Positions 57,557 through 64,000 of a stretch of DNA of 64,000 bases are shown one piece after another; positions within the stretch are counted from its first letter, which is position 1; every line of letters starts with the position of its first letter. The position numbers were made by a program, and so were the translations under genes. The notes below the pieces were generated by a model. That model was not told the DNA's origin and searched no databases. It saw only the letters and a list, made by a program, of their open reading frames with translations. The stretch is from an uncultured Gemmatimonadaceae bacterium (GTDB lineage Bacteria > Gemmatimonadota > Gemmatimonadetes > Gemmatimonadales > Gemmatimonadaceae): contig CAWJMB010000002.1 of the NCBI GenBank assembly GCA_963843845.1, positions 352,001 through 416,000 of the forward strand, in the 5' to 3' direction.

Positions 57557-60114
57557 ATGGCTTCATCGCTGGTCAGCCTCAAGCACGCCGTCCGCACGCT
57601 CCGCAAGACGCCGTTCGTCACGGCCGTCGCCATCCTCTCGCTCGCGCTCGGCATCGGCGCGAACGCGGCGATCTTCTCGCTGTTCGACCAGATGCTGCTG
57701 CGCCCGCTCCCCGTGCGCGCGCCCGAGCGGCTCGTGAACCTCGGTGCGCCGGGGCCGAAGCCGGGGTCGACGTCGTGCAGCCAGGCCGGGAGCTGCGAGG
57801 AGGTGTTCAGCTACCCGATGTTCCGCGACCTCGAGCGGCAGCAGACGGTGTTCACCGGGCTCGCGGCGCACCGCAACTTCGGCGTGAACCTCGCCTACAA
57901 GGGGCAGACGCGGGACGGCGAGCGGCGCGCTCGTCTCGGGCTCGTACTTCCCGATGCTCGGCCTCACGCCGGCGCTCGGCCGGCTGCTCACGCCGGCCGA
58001 CGACCGGACGATCGGCGCGCACTTCGTCGCCGTGCTGAGCTACGACTACTGGAACACGCGCCTCGGGCACGACCCGGCGGTGCTGAATCAGACGCTGATC
58101 GTCAACGGCCAGTCGATGACGATCGTCGGCGTCGCGCCGCGCGGGCTTCGACGGGCACGACGCTGGGCGACGCAGCCGGAGGTGTTCGTGCCGATCACGA
58201 TGCGCGGCGCTCATGTCGCCGGGGTGGAAGGGGTTCGACAACCGGCAGCAGGTACTGGGTCTACCTGTTCGGGCGGCTCAAGCCCGGCGTGTCGCTCGAG
58301 CAGGCGAAGCGCGGCATCGAACGCGGTCTACCGTCCGATCATCACCGACGTCGAGGCGCCGCTGCAGAAGGGGATGAGCGCGGCGACGATGGCGCGCTTC
58401 CGCGCGCCGCGAGATCACCGCCGAGGCCGGGCAGCGCGGGCAGAGCTCGATGCACCGCGAGGCGAAGACGCCGCTCGTGCTGCTCTTCGCGATCACCGGC
58501 GATCGTGCTGCTCATCGCCTGCGCGAACATCGCGAACCTGCTGCTCGCGCGCGGCGCGAGCCGCGCGGGCGAGATGGCGGTGCGGCTGTCGCTCGGCGCC
58601 GGGCGCGGCGCAGCTCGTGCGCGCAGCTGCTCACCGAGTCGGTGCTGCTCGCGCGCGCTCGGCGGCGCGGTCGAGCCTCGTCGTCGCGCACTGGACGCTG
58701 AAGGGGATCGCGTCGCATGCTGCCGCCCGAAGCAGCGAGGTCGGTGCACGCGTCACGCTCGAACCTGACGGTGATCGGCTTCGCCGCCGCAGTGTCGCAT
58801 CGTCACCGGCGTGCTGTTCGGGCTGTTCCCGGCGCTGCACAGCACGCGGCCGGAGCTCATCGGCACGATCCGGTCGAGCGCGGGGCAGCTCGCCGGCGCG
58901 CGCAGTCGGCGACGCGCTTCCGCACGTCGCTCGTCACGGCGCAGATCGCGCTGTCGATGGCGCTGCTCGTCTGCGCCGGGCTGTTCATGCGGAGCCTCGT
59001 GAACGTGTCGCCGCGTCGAGCTCGGCATCCGACGTCGAGCAGCGTCGTGACGTTCGCGATCTCGCCGGAGCTGAACGGCTACACGAACCGCGCGGTCCGC
59101 CGCGCTGTTCGACGCGGGTCGAGGAGGAGCTGCGCGCGCGATGCCCGGCGTGCACGGCGGTGACGGGCGCGCTCGTGCCCGCTGCTCGCCGGCAGCAACT
59201 GGGGCAACGACGTGTCGGTCGAGGGCTTCAAGCGCGGACCCGGACACCGACGCGAGCGCGCGCTTCAACGAGGTCGGGCCGGGCTACTTCAGGACGTTCG
59301 GCGTGCCGCTGCTCGCCGGGCGCGAGTTCACCGCGCGCCGACGTCGTCGGCGCGCCGAAGGTCGCGATCGTGAACGAGGCGTTCGCGAAGAAGTTCGGGC
59401 TCGGCCGCGACGCGGTCGGGCAAGCACATGGGCGACGGGCGAGCGCGAGCAGCAGAACAAGCTCGACATCGAGATCGTCGGCGTCGTGCAGAACGCGAAG
59501 TACAGCGAGGTGAAGGACGACGTGCCCGCCGGTGTTCTTCCGCCCGTACATGCAGGACAGCACCGTCGGCGCGATGTACTTCTACGTGCGCACGTCGCTG
59601 CGCGCCGGAGCAGCTGCTCCGGCGATCCGTGCGCTCGGTGCTGCGCCGCATCGACCCGAACCTGCCGGTCGAGGAGCTCAAGACGATGCCGCAGCAGGTG
59701 AAGGAGAACATCTTCCTCGACCGGATGATCAGCATCCTCGTCGGCGTCGTTCGCCGTCGTCGCGACGCTGCTCGCCGCGGTCGGGCTCTACGGCGTGCTC
59801 GCGTACACGGTCGCGCAGCGGACGCGCGAGATCGGCGTGCGCATGGCGCTGGGCGCCGACGGCGGCAGCGTGCGCGGCATGGTGCTGCGGCAGGTCGCGC
59901 TGGATGACGGTCGTCGGCGGCGTGGTCGGGGTGCTCGCGGCGATCGGGCTCGGCGTCGCGGCGAAGTCGCTGCTGTTCGGGCTGGAGGGGTAGGACCCGA
60001 TCGCGATCGGGGCGGCGGTGGTCGTGCTCGGCGCTGGTCGCGCGCGGGGCAGGCTACGTCCCGGCGCTGCGGGCGTCGCGGGTGGAGCCGATCCGGGCGT
60101 TGCGCTACGAATGA
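57557..60114 (+). CDS. Duplicated MacB/FtsX-type ABC permease (ADOP-like), many frameshifts
   Basis: [56 protein letters not shown], ending LRYE. Confidence 0.85.
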
Positions 60115-60290
60115 CGTGCCGGACGGCCGAACCGACGACCGAACGGCGAGACGTCCTGCGTATCGCCGTGAGTCCCGCGGTTCGGCCGTCGGCGGCCGTC
60201 GGCTCGGCCGTCGGCTCGGCTACCGTTTCGAGACGGGCCGCCCGTCTCCAGATTGTGAGACGCTCTTCCCGCCCCTCGCCCCGTCTCCGA

Positions 60291-61652
60291 ATGCGCCGCC
60301 TCCACGCCGTCGCCGCTCTGTCGCTCGCCGCGACCGCTCCGCTCGCCGCCCAACCGCTCGCAGACGCCGCGCTCGAGGCGAAGGCGAAGGGCATTCACGA
60401 GCGCGTGCTGACGCTCGACACACACGTCGACATCGCTCCCGCGAACTTCCAGGCGGGCCAGCCGAACTACGCCGACCGCTTGCCGCGCACGCAGGTCGAC
60501 ATCGCGAAGATGGAGGCGGGCGGGCTCGACGCGGCGTTCCTCGTCGTCTACGTCGGGCAGGGCGCGCTCACCGACAGCGCCTACGCGCGGGCGTACGCGC
60601 AGGCGATGGAGAAGTTCGCCGCGGTGCACCGCCTCACCGACTCGATCGCGCCGCGCAGGGCCGGCTTCGCGCGTACCTCGGCGGACGCGCGTCGCATCGC
60701 CGCGAGCGGGCGCAAGGTGTTCTTCATCGGCGTCGAGAACGGCTACCCGATCGGCACCGACGTCACGCGCGTGAAGCAGTTCGCCGACCTGGGCGCGCGG
60801 TATCTCTCGCTCGCGCACAACGGACACAGCCAGCTCTCCGACTCGAACACCGGCGAGCGCGACGGCGTCTGGCTGTACGGCAACGGACTCAGCCCGTTAG
60901 GCAAGCAGGTGGTGGCCGAGGCCAATCGGTGGGGGATCATGCTCGACGTGTCGCACCCGTCGAAGGGATCGATGATGCAGACGCTCGCCCTGACGAAGGC
61001 GCCGATCATCGCGTCGCACTCCGGCGTGCGGGCGATCTGCAATCACAGCCGCAACCTCGACGACGCGCAGCTGAAGGCGCTGGCGACGAAGGGCGGCGTC
61101 GCGCAGCTCGTGGCGTTCAACGCCTACGTGAAGTGCGACCCGAAGAAGGACGCCGAGCGCGACTCGCTGCGCGCGGCGGCGACGGCGGCGCTCCGGAGCG
61201 AGTTCGGGCTCGCCGCGATGCCACGCGGCGCGGGTGGGCCGGGCGGCGGTGGTGGGGGCGCGGGCGGCCCCGGCGGACTCGCGGCGCGCGCGCGGGCGCA
61301 GGTCGATTCGCTTCCCGAGGCGCGGCGCTCGGCGTACCTCGCGAAGGAAGCGGAGATCGCGGCGCGCTACCCGGCGCCGGTCGCGACGGTCAGGGACTTC
61401 GTCGACCACATCGACTACGCGGTGAAGCTGATCGGCGTCGACCACGTCGGCATCTCGTCGGACTTCGACGGCGGCGGCGGCGTGGACGGGTGGCGGAGCG
61501 CGGAGGAGACGCTGAACGTCACGCGTGAGCTCGTGCGGCGGGGCTACACCGAGCAGCAGATCGCGAAGATCTGGAGCGGCAACCTGCTGCGCGTGCTCGA
61601 CCAGGTGCAGGCCGTCGCGAAGCGGCTGCAGGCGGAGGCGCCGAAGAGCTGA
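60291..61652 (+). CDS. Secreted membrane-dipeptidase (M19) family protein
   Basis: Signal peptide; [37 protein letters not shown]. Confidence 0.92.
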   Translation: MRRLHAVAALSLAATAPLAAQPLADAALEAKAKGIHERVLTLDTHVDIAPANFQAGQPNYADRLPRTQVDIAKMEAGGLDAAFLVVYVGQGALTDSAYARAYAQAMEKFAAVHRLTDSIAPRRAGFARTSADARRIAASGRKVFFIGVENGYPIGTDVTRVKQFADLGARYLSLAHNGHSQLSDSNTGERDGVWLYGNGLSPLGKQVVAEANRWGIMLDVSHPSKGSMMQTLALTKAPIIASHSGVRAICNHSRNLDDAQLKALATKGGVAQLVAFNAYVKCDPKKDAERDSLRAAATAALRSEFGLAAMPRGAGGPGGGGGGAGGPGGLAARARAQVDSLPEARRSAYLAKEAEIAARYPAPVATVRDFVDHIDYAVKLIGVDHVGISSDFDGGGGVDGWRSAEETLNVTRELVRRGYTEQQIAKIWSGNLLRVLDQVQAVAKRLQAEAPKS

Positions 61653-61676
61653 GCGGCGTTGTTTGACAACGGCCTG

Positions 61677-61867
61677 ACGGCGGTGGAACGGCGGTGGAAC
61701 GGCGGTGCGGTGGAACGGCGGTGGAACGGCGGTGGAACGGCGGTGGAACGGCGGTGGAACGGCGGTGGAACGGCGGTGGAACGGCGGTGATGCGGTGGTC
61801 TCACTACGGACGAGCGACGGGCCCGTCCGCCGTTCCTCGTCCGTAGTGAGACCACCGCATCACCGCC
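61677..61867. repeat. 11-bp tandem repeats (CGGTGGAACGG) followed by a perfect 32-bp-stem hairpin
   Basis: Arms 61783-61814 and 61836-61867 are exact reverse complements. Confidence 0.85.
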
Positions 61868-61978
61868 CTCCCACCGCCCGCACCGAGCGACAGCGCCGAG
61901 CGACAGCGCCGAGCACTCCCCGCGCGCCCCGCGTAGCTTGCAGCGAGCCCACCGCCGTTCCCTACGCCACCGCTCCTC

Positions 61979-63895
61979 ATGTCCGCACCCCGCCTCGCCC
62001 TGACCCTCGCGCTGACGGCGCCGCTCGTCGCGAGCGCCGCGCACGCACAGCCCGTCACGAAGGATCGTCCCGTCTCGACGCCCGTCGCGCGCGGCGCGGC
62101 GCGAACGGTGTGGCCCGACGAGGGGCCGGCGACGTGGGCGCCGCGCCCGACGGCGCCGGAGATCACGGCGAACGACCTGCGTTCGCGCCTCTACCCGCTC
62201 GCCGACGACTCGATGATGGGGCGGCGCATCGGCGAGCTCGGGAACTTCAAAGGGACCGACTACATCGCGCGCGAGTTCAGGCGGCTCGGCCTCAAGCCGG
62301 GCGGCGAGAACGGGACCTACTTCCAGGTGATGCCGTTCGGGCCGGCACGCTTCGACAGCGCGAGCGCGCGGCTGGCCGTCGGCGGCCAGCCACTCTCGCA
62401 GAAGACCGACTGGATCCCGACCGCGCCGTCGACCGCGAACGGCTTCGGCGGCAGGGCCGAGCTGACGAACGTGCCGACCGTGTTCGCCGGCGAGTGGGGC
62501 GCGACGACCGCGATCGACCCGGCGCTGGTGCGCGGCAAGGTCGCGGTGTTCGTCGCCGCGCAGGGGAGCGGGGCGGCGGCCGGCGGCGGCGGACGCGGCG
62601 GGGCGCCCGCGCAGCAGCGGTGCGACTCGCTCCCCGACCGGTTCGGCGCGGCGGCGGCGGGCGCGGTCGAGGCGGCACAGCGCGAGGCGGCGGCGCGGGC
62701 GGCGGCGGCGCGTGGGCAGCGTCCGACGACGGCGGCGCTCGCGACGGCGCGCGACGTTCGTGCGCAGACGGCGGGCGCCGCGGCGGTGCTCGTCGTCGGG
62801 CTCGACACGCTGCCGCGCAATACGGTCGCCGGCGCGTTCGACACGCGCAACGGCGATGCAGCCGACGCGCGGGATCGACGGTGCCGGGCGCGATCATCTC
62901 GCGCGCCGCGGCGGAGCGGATGTTCGGCACGACGATCGACGCAGCTCACGCGTCGGCACCGCCGGGCAGCCGGTGAGCGCGACGCTGGAGCTACGACTGG
63001 CGCCTGTCGACGACGCCGGCGCGCAACGTCATCGCGATCCTGCCCGGCTCCGACCCGGCGCGCGCCGGCGAGTACGTGCTCGTCGGCGCGCACAACGATC
63101 ACGTCGGCACGAACCCGGTGGCCGTCGACCACGACTCGCTGCGCGCCGTGAACACGGTGACGCGCCGGCAGGGCGCGAACGACTCCGGCGTGCCGCCCGA
63201 TCGCCCGACCAGCAGCAGCGCATCGACTCGCTCATCCGCTACGCGCGCAGCATCCGCCCGCCGCGCCGCGACTCGATCATCAACGGCGCCGACGACGACG
63301 GCTCGGGCACGGTGGTGATGCTCGAGATCGCCGAGAAGTTCGCGAGCGAGCGGCCGGCCCGCTCGATCATCTTCGTCTCGCACAACGGCGAGGAGGCGCG
63401 GCCTGCTCGGCTCGGCGTGGTTCGTCGACCATCCGACGATCCCGCTCGCGCCAGGTCGTCGCGGCGCACAACATGGACATGGTGGGCAAGGGGCGCGCGG
63501 AGCAGGTGAAGTTCGGCGGCCCGAACTCGCTGCAGATGCTCGGCGCGCGCCGGCTGTCGCGCGAGTTCGGCGACATCATCGACTCGGTGAACGCGATGCG
63601 CGCCGAGCCGATGGCGATCGACAAGAGCTGGGACGTGCCGGCGAACCCGCTGCAACCGCTTCTGCCGCAGCGACCAGGTGAACTACGTCGCGCAAGGACG
63701 TCCCGGTCACCTACTTCTCGCTCGGCTACGCGCAGGACTACCACCAGCTGACCGACGAGCCGCAGTACATCGAGTACGATCACGCGGCGCAAGGTGGGGC
63801 GCTTCATCCACGACGTGATGTGGGCGATCTCCGAGCGGAAGGACCGGCTCTCGGTCGGCGCCGCGGACACGACGATGCCGCGCTGCAATCGTTAG
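61979..63895 (+). CDS. Secreted M28 family peptidase, several frameshifts
   Basis: Signal peptide; LADDSMMGR, VGAHNDHVG, NGADDDGSGTV, HNGEE, NMDMVG, DYHQLTDE across frames. Confidence 0.85.
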
Positions 63896-63929
63896 CGCAC
63901 GATCAGGCCCTGTCAGCCCCCTCGATCTC

Positions 63930-64000
63930 ATGGCGACTCCTTCTCCCTACCGATCGCTCCCCGCCGAGACGCGGGTCGCGCTCGTGCTGCACGCGATCAA
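63930..64000 (+). CDS. Start of a hypothetical protein (partial, runs off the right edge)
   Basis: ATG at 63930 open to the end of the window. Confidence 0.35.
   Translation, partial: MATPSPYRSLPAETRVALVLHAI

Noticed and set aside
229..60902. Heptamer GTTAGGC/GCCTAAC seen eight times (229, 3950, 3974, 25622, 44299, 49895, 55807, 60896) as a possible Chi-like or architectural motif
   Set aside because: A rough mononucleotide estimate, assuming about 74% GC, gives about five expected copies, so enrichment cannot be claimed without a genome-wide Markov-model test
45790..63895. Multiple frameshifts in the M20 hydrolase, ABC permease and M28 peptidase (also LytTR ~6435 and K channel ~24070), read as pseudogenes or programmed frameshifting
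   Set aside because: Catalytic motifs and codon bias are intact on both sides of scattered single-base indels in GC runs, and no slippery heptamers were seen. Long-read consensus error is the simplest explanation; read-level checking would decide it.
18..63931. Numerous long Arg/Ala/Pro-rich ORFs in the six-frame track overlapping the called genes
   Set aside because: Shadow ORFs expected in very high-GC DNA; they have no motifs and conflict with well-supported genes

Overview
Very GC-rich bacterial DNA; the gene content (SARP-TM-TPR regulator, duplicated orphan ABC permease, carboxypeptidase-regulatory-domain proteins) suggests Gemmatimonadota or a relative, which is an inference. The left ~9 kb holds a RiPP locus that runs off the window edge. 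It has the N-terminal part of a LanM-type lanthipeptide synthetase and eight tandem double-glycine precursor genes in two classes: three with long nitrile-hydratase-like (NHLP) leaders and five with short leaders. It also has two near-identical sigma54-type promoters, a sensor-less sigma54 activator, an unannotated 49-aa peptide gene, and a LytTR regulator paired with an internally duplicated LytS-type kinase. Next come alpha-2-macroglobulin and pbpC split by ku-ligD-DUF427, an ion/osmotic homeostasis cluster, and an unusual coupled pair of an ECF-like sigma factor and an HTH-less LexA/S24 autopeptidase. The right half holds paoABC-like aldehyde oxidoreductase, vapBC, a Zn-less DksA-like gene, nudC, a large Ig-repeat lipoprotein with its SARP regulator, a permease and peptidases. 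Several genes carry many single-base frameshifts, most likely long-read assembly errors. No rRNA, tRNA, CRISPR array or transposase was recognised.
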